A stretch of 59,117 nt of DNA, filler included. It is 6 parts of 6 records of this genome, joined end to end, with 100 filler letters (N's around TTAATTAATTAA, not from the genome) between each part and the next. Parts side by side here need not be neighbours in the genome. Positions count along the whole stretch, not along the records: positions 15,214 to 34,664 come from SRR20825006_459; positions 34,765 to 42,994 come from SRR20825006_461; 4 more parts are not named here. One strand, written 5' to 3'. A program made the translations under genes and the position numbers. The notes below the pieces were generated by a model. It saw only the letters and a program-made list of their open reading frames with translations. It searched no databases and had not been told where the DNA came from. Shown here piece by piece: positions 28,227-39,016 of this stretch (positions are counted from its first letter, which is position 1; each line of letters begins with the position of its first letter).

Positions 28227-29855
28227 ATGACCACGCTTCGTATTGTTACTGCTCAGATCAACCCGGTAGTAGGGGACATCGAAGGCAACACCGACAAAAT
28301 TCTCAACGCCGTTGAACAGGCAATGCAGGCGCACAACCCCCAGCTCATATTGTTCCCAGAGCTTGTTGTAACGGGGTATCCGCCCGAAGATTTGCTGCTG
28401 CGCAGCAGCATCAGCCATCGGGTAGAGCGCGCGTTGGCGCGCATTGCCAAAGCCGCGAAAGAGACCTATATCGTTGTTGGCTATCCGCGCAGCCGAGAGC
28501 AGGGTTTGTACAACACGGCCGGGGTGTTCTACCGCGGCCGTTTGCTCCACGAATACCACAAGCAATGTTTGCCGAACTACCGCGTATTTGATGAAAAGCG
28601 CTACTTCAAAGAAGGCCGTGAAAGCGTCGTCTTTGACCTGTTTGGTGTGCCCACGGCGCTGAGTATTTGCGAAGACATTTGGCAGGATGGCCCCACCGCG
28701 GCTGCCAGAGCCGCCGGGGCACAGCTGATGCTGAATATGAGCGCCTCGCCCTTCCATGCGGGTAAGCAGATAGAGCGCGAAGCCCTGCTGGCGCAACGGG
28801 CCTGGCAAGGCGGCATGCCTATCGTCTACTGCAATTTGGTGGGAGGGCAGGACGAACTGGTGTTTGATGGTGCGTCAATGGTGGTTTCCAAAGAAGGCGA
28901 ATTACTGGCGCGAAGCCCCGCCTATGTCGAGCATCTGGCCTGTGTTACGGCACATTGGCAGGACGGCACGCTGTGCATTGATGAAGGGGCGGTGACCGAC
29001 CTTAAGCCGGTGCTGGACGATGTCTACGAAACGCTGGTGCTGGGGGTGCGCGACTACGTTGAGAAAAATGGCTTTAAGGGCGTGGTGTTGGGTTTGTCAG
29101 GCGGTATTGATTCCGGTTTGACGCTGGCGATTGCCGTAGACGCGCTGGGCCCTGAGCGCGTGGAGGCGGTGATGATGCCCTTTCGCTACACGGCATCCAT
29201 GAGCGTTGAAGATGCCCAAGAGCAGGCGAACATGTTGGGTGTGCGCTACTCCTGTCTGTCGATCGAGCCGATGTACGACGCCTTCATGTCGACCTTGGCT
29301 GACGAGTTTGCCGGGACCCAAGTCGATACCACGGAGCAGAATCTACAGGCCCGCTGTCGTGGTGTTCTATTGATGGCGATCTCCAACAAAAAGGGCTACT
29401 TGGTCCTCACCACGGGCAACAAAAGCGAAGTGGCGGTTGGCTACTCGACCCTGTACGGCGATATGGCCGGTGGCTTTGACGTACTGAAAGATGTCGCTAA
29501 AACTCGGGTGTTTGAATTGGCTCGCTATCGCAATACTCGCTCTCCAGCGATCCCGCAGCGCGTTATCGACAGGCCGCCCTCGGCCGAGTTGGCGCCAGAT
29601 CAGAAAGATGAAGACAACCTGCCACCCTACGATACGCTGGATGAAATCCTGGAGCGCTATATCGAGCGCGATGAAAGCGCCGAAGCGATTATCGCCGATG
29701 GCTTTGACCGCGACACCGTGTACAGGGTACTGCGCCTGGTAGATTTAAACGAGTACAAGCGTCGGCAAGCGCCGATCGGTACGCGCATCACCGAGAGAGG
29801 CTTCGGGCGTGACCGTCGCTATCCCATCACTCAGAAATGGCCGATTGGTGACTAA
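28227..29855 (+). CDS. nadE: Glutamine-dependent NAD+ synthetase
   Basis: Nitrilase domain (FPEL, LPNY.VFDEKRYF, ICEDIW) plus GLSGGIDS, TTGNKSE, PSAEL. Confidence 0.95.
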   Translation: MTTLRIVTAQINPVVGDIEGNTDKILNAVEQAMQAHNPQLILFPELVVTGYPPEDLLLRSSISHRVERALARIAKAAKETYIVVGYPRSREQGLYNTAGVFYRGRLLHEYHKQCLPNYRVFDEKRYFKEGRESVVFDLFGVPTALSICEDIWQDGPTAAARAAGAQLMLNMSASPFHAGKQIEREALLAQRAWQGGMPIVYCNLVGGQDELVFDGASMVVSKEGELLARSPAYVEHLACVTAHWQDGTLCIDEGAVTDLKPVLDDVYETLVLGVRDYVEKNGFKGVVLGLSGGIDSGLTLAIAVDALGPERVEAVMMPFRYTASMSVEDAQEQANMLGVRYSCLSIEPMYDAFMSTLADEFAGTQVDTTEQNLQARCRGVLLMAISNKKGYLVLTTGNKSEVAVGYSTLYGDMAGGFDVLKDVAKTRVFELARYRNTRSPAIPQRVIDRPPSAELAPDQKDEDNLPPYDTLDEILERYIERDESAEAIIADGFDRDTVYRVLRLVDLNEYKRRQAPIGTRITERGFGRDRRYPITQKWPIGD

Positions 29856-30252
29856 ACTGTACGACGCGAAGCAGGGCTCTTTAAGCCGGCGGCCACCCAC
29901 TGTCTAGAGTCTACCTCACTCAATAGAGCGCAGCGCTATACACATCCCGAAATATTTTTGAAGATCGGCGCTCGCAACCGCACAAGGCCTGTGAGGCGCC
30001 TCAAGTGTGCTGGCGATACCGCGGCGGTGAGCAGATGAGCGCAGACCGTCAGCGGGCTTTTCCCTTCCATCGGTACATATCTAAATTAGCTCGCCGGTAT
30101 CAACATCTAAAATCACGTTTCCAAACGTAATGCTAAGTTAATCGGTCAAACTGGCCAAAAGCACAGGGAATGGCGTGGCTGTCGATGCAGTCTCTATAAT
30201 CCCAGCGGCTTTGAACAACAATAATGTAAGCAGCCTCGAGGTAAGGAAACGT

Positions 30253-32322
30253 ATGACCCCCCGTCTGACTAGTAGGGAGCGGACACTCGCTCGTTTTTCA
30301 ATATTTTTCACCTGCATTGTTGGCGCGCAGCTGGCAACGGCGAATCAGCATATCGAAGAGGTTTTCGTAGAGGGGCGGCGGGGCGATTTACTCGGTATCG
30401 CGCGCTCGGCTTCTGAGGGCACAATCAGCCAACTTGACCTCGCTCTGCGGCCTATTCAGCGCCCTGGAGATATTTTGGAAGCAATTCCTGGTCTGATTGT
30501 TACCCAGCACAGTGGTTCGGGTAAATCTAACCAGATGTTTCTGCGCGGCTTTAATTTGGACCATGGCACCGATTTCGCCACGTGGATTGATGGTATGCCC
30601 GTCAATATGCGTACCCATGCACACGGGCAGGGCTATACCGACGTGAACTTTCTGATTCCAGAGGTGATTGCAAACCTGCGTTATGTGAAGGGCCCGTACC
30701 ACGCTGAACTCGGAGATTTTTCATCGGCGGGTGGCGTTCACATTAGCACCTACCGAAAAGCACCCGTTAACCGTTTACAGCTCGAAGTCGGCGAAGATAG
30801 CTATAACCGGCTTCTCGCGATGGGGGGCGTCGACATTGCCAACCAGCACCTATTCGCGGCGATTGAAAGCCAATATTTCGACGGACCCTGGGAAGATGTT
30901 GAGGGTAACGCCCAGAAGCTGAACGGCCTACTTCGCCTTAGTGGTGACGATAGCCAGGGCCTCGAGTGGAGCGTGTCGGCAATGTTCTATGACAATGACT
31001 GGGACTCTGCAGACCAAATTCCACAACGCGCCGTCGACCAAAAAATAATCAGCGAATTTGGATCCATTGATGACAGTTTGGGGGGAAACTCCCGCCGCTC
31101 GAGCCTTTCAACCCAATTTCGTCACCAGGGAGACAGCCTGGCTCGGTCATGGGGCGCTTATGTGATCAGTTACGATATGCAGCTCTGGTCTAACTTCACC
31201 TACTTTATCGATGACCCCGTGAATGGCGATCAGTTCGAGCAGCGTGATAAACGCCGTATTTTTGGTGGCTATTGGAAGCAGAACTGGGCAAGTGGGGGAC
31301 AGGAGCAATTCCGCCAAAATGTGGGGCTAGAGTTCCGGCACGATGATATCGATGAAGTCGGCCTCTATCGCACTGTTGCGCGTCAACGGTTCGCTACCAC
31401 CCGTCAAGACAGTGTAGACCAGAGCAGTGTGGCGTTATTTTACGAACTAGCGTGGCAAGTCAGTGAGCGCTGGCGAACGACGCTCGGCCTGCGCGGTGAT
31501 TACTATACCTTCGACGTTAATTCAGATTCCCCGTTAAACAGTGGTGAAGCTAACGATAGTATTATCAGCCCAAAAGCCAGCGTCGCTTATTCGCTCTCGT
31601 CAGCGAGCGAATTATATGTCAGCGTCGGGCGAGGGTTTCACTCAAATGACGCGCGGGGCACGACAATTACCGTAGACCCGGTTACAAACAACGCGGTAGA
31701 CAGGGTTGACCCGTTGGTTCGGTCGACTGGCGCTGAGGTAGGGATTAAAAGCCAACCGGTCGACCGATGGAATACCTCGCTCTCACTGTGGTACCTAAAG
31801 CTGGACTCCGAACTACTATTCGTTGGTGACGCCGGTAACACCGAGGCCAGCCGCCCCAGTCAGCGTTACGGGATAGAATTTAACAATTTCTTTGTGCTCA
31901 GTGATATTTGGACACTGGAGGCTGACCTGGCATGGACCGATGCTGAGTTTTCAGATAGCAGCCCGGATGGGAATGAAATTCCCGGGGCACTGCCATTTGT
32001 CGCAAGCGCGGGTGTCACGGCCCAAGCGCCAAATGGTTGGTTTGGTTCCATGCATGTGCGTCATTTCTCAAGCTACCCCCTCATTGAGGATGACAGTGTA
32101 GAGTCGGATGGCTCGACTGTTGCAAACGCTTCAGTGGGTTGGGGCCGGGGCAATCTAAAAATTCAAGTAGATGTACTAAACCTGTTTGACTCTACCGATC
32201 ACGATATCGACTACTTCTACGCATCGCGTCTTCCCGGTGAGCCAGCAGGGGGCGTTGAAGATATCCACTATAAAGTACTCGAACCCAGGCAGTGGCGGCT
32301 GAAGATCAGTTACGCACTGTGA
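30253..32322 (+). CDS. TonB-dependent receptor
   Basis: Signal peptide, TonB box EEVFVEG, plug QHSGSGKSNQMFLRGFNLDHGTDF, C-terminal NLFD...EPR..Y.L. Confidence 0.9.
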   Translation: MTPRLTSRERTLARFSIFFTCIVGAQLATANQHIEEVFVEGRRGDLLGIARSASEGTISQLDLALRPIQRPGDILEAIPGLIVTQHSGSGKSNQMFLRGFNLDHGTDFATWIDGMPVNMRTHAHGQGYTDVNFLIPEVIANLRYVKGPYHAELGDFSSAGGVHISTYRKAPVNRLQLEVGEDSYNRLLAMGGVDIANQHLFAAIESQYFDGPWEDVEGNAQKLNGLLRLSGDDSQGLEWSVSAMFYDNDWDSADQIPQRAVDQKIISEFGSIDDSLGGNSRRSSLSTQFRHQGDSLARSWGAYVISYDMQLWSNFTYFIDDPVNGDQFEQRDKRRIFGGYWKQNWASGGQEQFRQNVGLEFRHDDIDEVGLYRTVARQRFATTRQDSVDQSSVALFYELAWQVSERWRTTLGLRGDYYTFDVNSDSPLNSGEANDSIISPKASVAYSLSSASELYVSVGRGFHSNDARGTTITVDPVTNNAVDRVDPLVRSTGAEVGIKSQPVDRWNTSLSLWYLKLDSELLFVGDAGNTEASRPSQRYGIEFNNFFVLSDIWTLEADLAWTDAEFSDSSPDGNEIPGALPFVASAGVTAQAPNGWFGSMHVRHFSSYPLIEDDSVESDGSTVANASVGWGRGNLKIQVDVLNLFDSTDHDIDYFYASRLPGEPAGGVEDIHYKVLEPRQWRLKISYAL

Positions 32323-32490
32323 CTGGTCCCTGCTTCCACTAATGTCCACCAGTCGCTGGAGGGGGCTGCCTGGGGTGATAGTCGGGTTTGGTTGCAGGTG
32401 CTGCGGTTAATTAGGGTGGCGATGCAGGGGCTATAGGGGGAAGCGGCAGAGGGCGATTACTCGCCCCCCTTTTACTGGCTCAATCTCGGC

Positions 32491-33360
32491 TCACTCTTCG
32501 CTTTTGCTGCGGTTGTCAAAGCGCGGCGGCTCATAGCGGTCAAACAAGCCGAAGGTGGCCTTGTTGATGAATGAGCCTTCCTGTTCGATACCGACTTCGC
32601 TGATGAAGTTACCGTTTTTATCGAGGTTGGGGTGGTCAGGATAGTTCTTGCGCAACACGGCAAGTGACTGCTCCGCCAGATCATCCATGCCTAACAGCAG
32701 ATAGGCTTGCACCATTACCGCCAGTGCATCGGGCACGGCCGGCGTTTGCGGCAAATTTTCGATAACATAGCGTCCGCGGTTGGCCGCGGCCAAGTAGGCT
32801 TTACGCTTGAAGTAGTAATTTGCCACATTGATCTCGTAGCGCGCGAGACGGTTGCGCAGGTAGATCATCCGGGCGCGCGCATCGTCTGCATACACGCTGT
32901 TCGGGAAGCGCTGCAACAGCTGACGAAAATCTTCAAAGGATTGGATCGCCGACCCCGGGTCGCGCTGGGTCATATCAGTGGGGATGAATCGCTCCAGCAG
33001 GCCCTCGCCCTCGGTGTAGTTCGACAAGCCGCGCATGTAGTAGGCGTAATCCACTTTCTCGTGCTGTGGGTGCAGGCGAATAAAGCGATCGGCAGCAGCG
33101 ATCGCTGCCTCGTTGTCACCGCCGCGATAGTAGGCGTAGATAATCTCCAGCTGCGCTTGTTCGGCATAGGGGCCGAAGGGGTAGCGGCTTTCCAAAAGCT
33201 GCAGGTTCTGAATAGCCAGTGAAAAGTTCTTGCTGTTCAGGTAGCCTTGCGCGGTTTCGTATATCTCCCGCTCCGACAGTTCCTGTCGTTCAGGTTCGCT
33301 GGCGCAACCCGCGAGGGTGGCGATGAGAAGGAGTGCTAGGAGCTTGTTAAACGCTTTCAT
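32491..33360 (-). CDS. bamD: Outer membrane protein assembly factor BamD (ComL)
   Basis: Lipobox [34 protein letters not shown]; divergent from rluD. Confidence 0.95.
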   Translation of the reverse strand: MKAFNKLLALLLIATLAGCASEPERQELSEREIYETAQGYLNSKNFSLAIQNLQLLESRYPFGPYAEQAQLEIIYAYYRGGDNEAAIAAADRFIRLHPQHEKVDYAYYMRGLSNYTEGEGLLERFIPTDMTQRDPGSAIQSFEDFRQLLQRFPNSVYADDARARMIYLRNRLARYEINVANYYFKRKAYLAAANRGRYVIENLPQTPAVPDALAVMVQAYLLLGMDDLAEQSLAVLRKNYPDHPNLDKNGNFISEVGIEQEGSFINKATFGLFDRYEPPRFDNRSKSEE

Positions 33361-33457
33361 TTACCCGTTCCAAATGGCGGAAGAACCCCGCATTTGCGAG
33401 GGCCTGCTATTTAACCACAGCGTGTCAGTGGTATAAAGAAGGCCTCGGAGAATCACT

Positions 33458-34414
33458 ATGACAGAAACCATCAATCGCCAGGAAATCGTTCCCGCCGACC
33501 TCAACTATGCGCGTTTCGACCAGGCCGCCAGCGCCTTGTTCCCCGAATATTCGCGATCGCGCCTACAAAGCTGGATAAAAGGCGGCCAATTAACGGCCAA
33601 TCACAGCAGCTGCCGCCCTCGGGACAAGGTTCACGAAGGCGACGTGCTGACCCTGCAAGCGGAGCTGCAACCCGAGGGGCGTTTTGAGGCCGAGGCGATA
33701 GCGTTGGATATCGTCTATGAAGACGACGATATTATCGTGATCAATAAGCCCGCTGGCCTGGTTGTTCACCCGGGTGCCGGTAATCCCAGCGGCACCCTGC
33801 TGAATGCTCTGCTCAGTCACTGTCCCAGTATTGATAGCGTGCCGCGCGCGGGTATTGTTCACCGTCTCGACCGCGATACCACCGGACTCATGGTGGTTGC
33901 CAAAACGCTGCAAGCCCACGCCGACTTGGTGGCGCAGCTGCAAGCGCGCGATGTTCACCGCGAATACGACGCCGTTGTGATGGGCAGCATGACCGGTGGG
34001 GGTAAGGTTGAGGAGCCGATGGGGCGTCACCCCCAGCAGCGCACAAAAATGGCGGTGGTGCAGTTTGGCGGCAAGGAGGCGATTACGCATTATCGCCTGC
34101 AAAAACGTTATCGCGACCACTGCCATGTGCGGTGTTTTCTTGAAACGGGCCGCACCCACCAGATTCGTGTGCACATGGCCCATATTCGCCACCCTTTGGT
34201 GGGCGACGCCACTTATGCCGGTCGGCCGCGCCTGCCCAAGGGCGCGAGCGATGCGCTGGTGAATATGCTGCGCAGCTTTCCCCGGCAGGCGCTGCATGCC
34301 CGTAAACTTGAACTCGAGCACCCCATAAGTGGCGATACCATGAGCTGGGAAGTGCCCTTGCCCGACGACATGCAAGCTCTACTAGCCGTATTGGATGCCG
34401 AGGAAAAGTTGTGA
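33458..34414 (+). CDS. rluD: 23S rRNA pseudouridine synthase RluD
   Basis: S4 domain, NKPAGLVVHPG, GIVHRLDRDT, LETGRTHQIRVH, RQALHA. Confidence 0.96.
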   Translation: MTETINRQEIVPADLNYARFDQAASALFPEYSRSRLQSWIKGGQLTANHSSCRPRDKVHEGDVLTLQAELQPEGRFEAEAIALDIVYEDDDIIVINKPAGLVVHPGAGNPSGTLLNALLSHCPSIDSVPRAGIVHRLDRDTTGLMVVAKTLQAHADLVAQLQARDVHREYDAVVMGSMTGGGKVEEPMGRHPQQRTKMAVVQFGGKEAITHYRLQKRYRDHCHVRCFLETGRTHQIRVHMAHIRHPLVGDATYAGRPRLPKGASDALVNMLRSFPRQALHARKLELEHPISGDTMSWEVPLPDDMQALLAVLDAEEKL

Positions 34415-34664
34415 TTCGCGCCTCATGGCCAGCGCCCGACAATGTGGTCGCGCTGACCACAACGCGGCGCGCGCCAGCGGGCACTATCGGCGCCAGTGAA
34501 GGGGCGTACGCGGATTTTAATCTTGCCCAGCATGTTCACGACAAGCCGCTGGCGGTCGCCGCCAACCGCGCGGCACTTTTCCATCAATTGCAGCCGCAGG
34601 GCTTGCGTCGTATTCAATGGCTGAACCAAACCCACGGCACTGCCGTGTATCGATCTCGGGCCGA
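34411..34664 (+). CDS. pgeF: PgeF/YfiH purine nucleoside phosphorylase-like protein, 3' truncated
   Basis: WPAPDNV.A.TTTR, FNLA.HV.D, NR, WLNQTHG; follows rluD. Confidence 0.9.
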
Positions 34665-34764
34665 NNNNNNNNNNNNNNNNNNNNNNNNNNNNNNNNNNNN
34701 NNNNNNNNTTAATTAATTAANNNNNNNNNNNNNNNNNNNNNNNNNNNNNNNNNNNNNNNNNNNN
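34665..34764. other. Artificial contig spacer
   Basis: N44-TTAATTAATTAA-N44. Confidence 0.99.
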
Positions 34765-35468
34765 ATGGTGTTGCCCGAGGCATTGGCATAGGCCAGCACG
34801 ACCAGGTTCTGCGAAGCCACCAGATTGCCCAGCTCGGCGCGGTAATCGGCCTTGCCTTCTTCATGGGCCAGATTGGCGGCCACGGTGCCACCACCAGCCT
34901 CATAGGCGGCGGCCAGCGCATCGGCAAAACCCTTGCCGTAGTCGTTGTTCACATAGGTGATGGCAATGTCATTGATGCCCTTGGCGAGCAGCAGGTCGGC
35001 CATCTTGACGCCCTGGAGCGCGTCGGACGGGGTGGTGCGATAGACAAGGTCATTGTCTTCGAGCGTGGTCAGGGCCGGGGCCGAAGAGGCCGGCGAGATG
35101 AACACCACATTGCCGCTCAGGCCCGAACCGTTGAAGGCGCCGATGGTTTCGCCGGTGCACAGGGCACCCACAACACCGATGACATTGTCGGAATTGATCA
35201 GTCGGTCGGCGGCAGCAGCGGCAGCGGTGGCATCGCAGGCCCCGTCAGCCGACAGGATGGAGAGTTCACCACCCAGAATGCCGCCCTGCTCGTTGACCTG
35301 GCTCACCACCAGTTCGGCGCCGGCGAAAATCGGCGGGGTCAGGGATTCAATCGGGCCGGTGAAGCCGCCGATAAAACCGATGGTAGCGCCGCTGTCCTGA
35401 GCCAGGGCCGGAGCGGCGATGGTCAGGGTGGTGGCGGCGACCGCCAGGGTCAGGGTTTTCTTGAACAT
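34765..35468 (-). CDS. Branched-chain amino acid-type ABC substrate-binding protein, 3' truncated
   Basis: Signal peptide, FTGPIES, VNEQGG, SPASSAPALT, RTTPSDALQG, NNDYGKG. Confidence 0.85.
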
Positions 35469-35703
35469 GGACGTCCCTCTGTTTGATGTTGCGCGCCGGG
35501 TGGCCTTGCTGGCCTCGCTTCTTGCGGCGCGTCAACGGTCAAGGGGGCGCGTTGGGCGCCCCGCTGGAGGGGACTGTTGCACACTCTTGGCTGCCATGTC
35601 ACCGGGGATTGCGCGCCAATTCCGTGAGGCGTTGCGGTTGCTTAACGGACCCGGCGCGGGCAAGACTGGCGTGCAGTGCAAAAGCGGTCGCCAGGAAACC
35701 AGA

Positions 35704-36747
35704 ATGCCCCATCTTTGCCGTGTCATTGCCATGTTGGGTCTGGTCCTGATCGCGCAGCCGGCCTGGGCACAGTTCGAGGTACTCGATACCGCCCAGGACG
35801 CGGCGGGATCGGACGCTGCCGGGCAGGGCACAGAGAGCGCGGCCGAGCCGGCCCCGATCTGCGGCGACCGACCCCTTTCAATCGCCCGTATGAGCTGGCC
35901 GTCGGCAGCTTTGCTGGCGGAAATTCATGCCCGCATCCTGGCTGCCGAATTCGATTGCGAGGTACGGGTGGTACAGGGCGATCAGGCCGCCACCGCCTCA
36001 TCCATGGGTTCGATCGGCCAGCCGCAGGTGGCGCCCGAACTCTGGATCAACCGCATTGCGGATCTCTGGAACGGCGCTATGGAAGGCCAGATGGTGCGCA
36101 GCGCAGCACCCAGCTATGCCACCAGCCAGTTCGAGGGCTGGTATATGCCTGCGACCCTGGCGGGCAATTTCAGCGCCGCGCCGACGGCCGCCGGTCTGGC
36201 CGAGGCCCTGCCGCAATTGCAGCCGGACGGGCCCGTGCGCTTCATTTCCTGTCCGCTCGATTGGGCCTGTTCGATCATCAACCGTAATCTGGTGAGTGCG
36301 CATGGTCTTTCGGGCCTCGTCGACATCATCGAACCGGCCAACCGGCTGGACATGGACCGGCTGATTGCCGAGGCGCTGAACCGGCGCGAGCCGTTCCTGT
36401 TCTATTACTGGCAGCCCAATGCCATTCTCGCCCAGCTCGATTTCACCGCCATCGATATGGGTGCCTATGACGAGGTGGCGGCCCAGTGCCTGGCGCAGCG
36501 CGATTGCGCGGACCCCCAGCCCTCGGCCTTTCCCAGCGACACGGTGGTGATCGCGCTGGTCGAGCGGGTGTTTACCGAGATGCCCGAGATTGCGCGCTAT
36601 TTCCAGCGCGCCAGCCTGCCGCTTGAGGAGATGAATGCTCTGCTCGCCCAGCTCAATGCGAGCGGGACCACGATCGAGGCAATTGCCGAGCGGTTCGTGG
36701 CCGAACGGGCCGCGCTTTGGCGCAATTGGGTCGACGCGCCACTCTAA
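35704..36747 (+). CDS. Glycine betaine-type ABC substrate-binding protein (divergent paralog)
   Basis: Signal peptide AWA|Q, MSWPSA, PELW, EGWY, CPLDWAC, FYYWQP. Confidence 0.8.
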   Translation: MPHLCRVIAMLGLVLIAQPAWAQFEVLDTAQDAAGSDAAGQGTESAAEPAPICGDRPLSIARMSWPSAALLAEIHARILAAEFDCEVRVVQGDQAATASSMGSIGQPQVAPELWINRIADLWNGAMEGQMVRSAAPSYATSQFEGWYMPATLAGNFSAAPTAAGLAEALPQLQPDGPVRFISCPLDWACSIINRNLVSAHGLSGLVDIIEPANRLDMDRLIAEALNRREPFLFYYWQPNAILAQLDFTAIDMGAYDEVAAQCLAQRDCADPQPSAFPSDTVVIALVERVFTEMPEIARYFQRASLPLEEMNALLAQLNASGTTIEAIAERFVAERAALWRNWVDAPL

Positions 36748-36983
36748 GGTGCACACCCGTCCGGGTGATATTTTTTCGACTTGAATCAGTCAAATTTCTA
36801 CATGTTCGCTTCTTGGACAATCAAGAAGTGAAGCTGTTTCAGTTTATGCGGCAAGTGTGCCAGTCTATTTGACAAGAAAAGCGGATGCAAAAAGTCTGTT
36901 AGTGTTCAAATAGTGGCCGATTTGACACACAATTCTGCCACGATTAAAGTCGTGTGCATTCCACAACCGCAGGAGCATACCTG

Positions 36984-38012
36984 ATGATTTTGAAATCCGG
37001 TGGCGTAGCCGCCGCGATCGCTGTTGCCTTTTTGTCCGCTGGCAGCCTCCCTGCCATCGCTCAGGAAGCCGACGCTGCCCAGTGCGGCACCGATCGCACA
37101 ATCGATATTGCCGAGATGTCCTGGCCCTCCGCCGCAGCCCTGGCGCATATTCATGCGACGATCCTGGAACAGGGTTATGGCTGTGACGTGGAGATCGTGG
37201 CCGGTGATACCGTGCCGACCTCTTCGTCCATGATGACTCGCGGCTCCCCCGCTGTAGCGCCCGAGCTTTGGACCAGTGCCATTGAAGAGCCCTGGGCCGA
37301 AGCGATTGAAGAAGGCACCGTGGTGGAACTGTCCGACGCCATCACCGATGGTACGGTCGAAGGCTGGTTCATTCCTGAATATACCCAGGCCGCCAATCCG
37401 GACCTGACCACGGCTGAAGCCGTGATCGCGCGTCCGGACCTGTTCCCCGATCCGGAGGACAACAGCCAGGGCCGCATCTATTCCTGCCCGCCGGGCTGGG
37501 CTTGCGAACTGTCGACGACCGCTCTGTTCGAGGCCTTCGACATGGAAGAGACCTGGAACCTGTTCTCGCCGGGTTCGGGCGGTGCGCTTGATGCCTCTAT
37601 TGCCCGTGCCTTCACGCGTGAAGAACCTATCCTGTTCTACTATTGGGGTCCGACCGCCATCCTGGGCAAGTATCCGGCTGTGCAGCTCGATATCGGCGAA
37701 GCCAATATGGAAATCTATGCCTGCAACACCGATCCGGACTGTGAAGAACCGGCCGGCGTGACCGCCTATCCGTCCAGCCCCGCCGTTGTTGGCGCCGCTG
37801 CCTGGATCCAGGAAGAAGCTCCGGCCGTGGCCGAGTACTTCACCAAGGTTGGCCTGACCAATGCGCAGATCTCCGAGCTCTTGGTCTATGGCGACGAAAA
37901 CCAGGCTGACGCCGAAGAGACCGCCGAGAACTTCCTTGCGACCAAGCAGGACGTCTGGACCGAATGGGTCCCGGCCGAGGTCGCCGAGAAGGTTCTGGCA
38001 GCGATTGGCTAA
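36984..38012 (+). CDS. Glycine betaine/proline ABC substrate-binding protein (ProX-like)
   Basis: AGGAG RBS, signal peptide, MSWPSA, PELW, CPPGWAC, FYYWGP. Confidence 0.88.
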   Translation: MILKSGGVAAAIAVAFLSAGSLPAIAQEADAAQCGTDRTIDIAEMSWPSAAALAHIHATILEQGYGCDVEIVAGDTVPTSSSMMTRGSPAVAPELWTSAIEEPWAEAIEEGTVVELSDAITDGTVEGWFIPEYTQAANPDLTTAEAVIARPDLFPDPEDNSQGRIYSCPPGWACELSTTALFEAFDMEETWNLFSPGSGGALDASIARAFTREEPILFYYWGPTAILGKYPAVQLDIGEANMEIYACNTDPDCEEPAGVTAYPSSPAVVGAAAWIQEEAPAVAEYFTKVGLTNAQISELLVYGDENQADAEETAENFLATKQDVWTEWVPAEVAEKVLAAIG

Positions 38013-38034
38013 GACCAGTCCCTGACTTTGCGAA

Positions 38035-38063
38035 TAGCGGCCGGGTTCCGACCCGGCCGTTTT
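38035..38063 (+). terminator. Intra-operon hairpin/terminator after the binding-protein gene
   Basis: GCGGCCGGGT-TCCG-ACCCGGCCGT then TTT. Confidence 0.6.
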
Positions 38064-38145
38064 GTGCGTTCGATCCCCAAACCAACGCCTTGCTGGCTTC
38101 GGGATCGCACGTCGAAACCGCCTCTCTTTGCAAGAAAGAGCAAAA

Positions 38146-39015
38146 ATGTTTCCAGAAATAATCGACACCCGCCCCTGGCGCCGGGCCATTGACGACAGCC
38201 TCAATTGGGTTGTGCGCAATTGGGGCGATGAGTTCGAGGCGGCGGCCTATCCGCTGCTGATGCTGCTCAACTTCATCGAAGACGTGCTGATCGCCACGCC
38301 CTGGTGGCTGATCATGGCCATTCTGGTCAGCGTTGCCTGGCTGGCGACACGGCGCTGGCAATTGCCGGTGATCGTGCTGGTGTCCCTGCTGTTCCTGGGC
38401 ATCATGGAATTGTGGGAAGATGCCATGACCACCATGGCGCTGATGATCGCGGCCACGTTGACGGCCATCATCTTCTCCATTCCGCTCGGGGTCTGGATGA
38501 GCCGCTCGGGCAAGGTGCGCCAGGTGGTGACCCCGCTGCTCGACCTGATGCAGACCATGCCCAGCTTCGTTTATCTCATCCCCACGGTGATGATTTTCGG
38601 CCCGGGCAAGATCCCGGCGCTGATCGCCACCATCGTCTATGCGGCGCCGCCTTTGGTGCGCCTGACCGATCTGGGCCTGCGCTCGGTCGATCCGGCGGTG
38701 ATGGAGGCCAGCCGGGCCTTCGGTACCACGCCGAGCCAGCGCCTGTTCGGCGTGCAGATTCCGCTCTCCCTGCCCACCATCCTGGCCGGGGTCAACCAGA
38801 CCACGATGATGGCGCTGGCCATGGTGGTGATTGCCTCCATGATCGGTGCGGGTGGCCTGGGCTACCAGGTGTTGCAGGGCATTGGCCGGCTCGAGGTCAG
38901 CCGTGGCCTGTTCGCGGGTCTCGGCATCGTGGCTCTGGCCATTGTCTTTGACCGCATCACCCAGTCCTTCGGCAAGCAGCTCCAGGCCAAGATCGGCCTG
39001 GCGGAGACCCGTTAA
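38146..39015 (+). CDS. Glycine betaine/proline ABC permease (ProW-like)
   Basis: LDLMQTMPSFVYLIP, EASRAFG (EAA loop), GVNQTTMMALAMVVIASMIG. Confidence 0.92.
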   Translation: MFPEIIDTRPWRRAIDDSLNWVVRNWGDEFEAAAYPLLMLLNFIEDVLIATPWWLIMAILVSVAWLATRRWQLPVIVLVSLLFLGIMELWEDAMTTMALMIAATLTAIIFSIPLGVWMSRSGKVRQVVTPLLDLMQTMPSFVYLIPTVMIFGPGKIPALIATIVYAAPPLVRLTDLGLRSVDPAVMEASRAFGTTPSQRLFGVQIPLSLPTILAGVNQTTMMALAMVVIASMIGAGGLGYQVLQGIGRLEVSRGLFAGLGIVALAIVFDRITQSFGKQLQAKIGLAETR

Positions 39016-39016
39016 G

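Noticed and set aside
29856-30252. Cobalamin or NiCo riboswitch ahead of the TonB receptor
   Set aside because: Only a TGAGCAG word is reminiscent of NiCo. I could not find the B12 box or the other conserved elements; an Infernal search would be needed.
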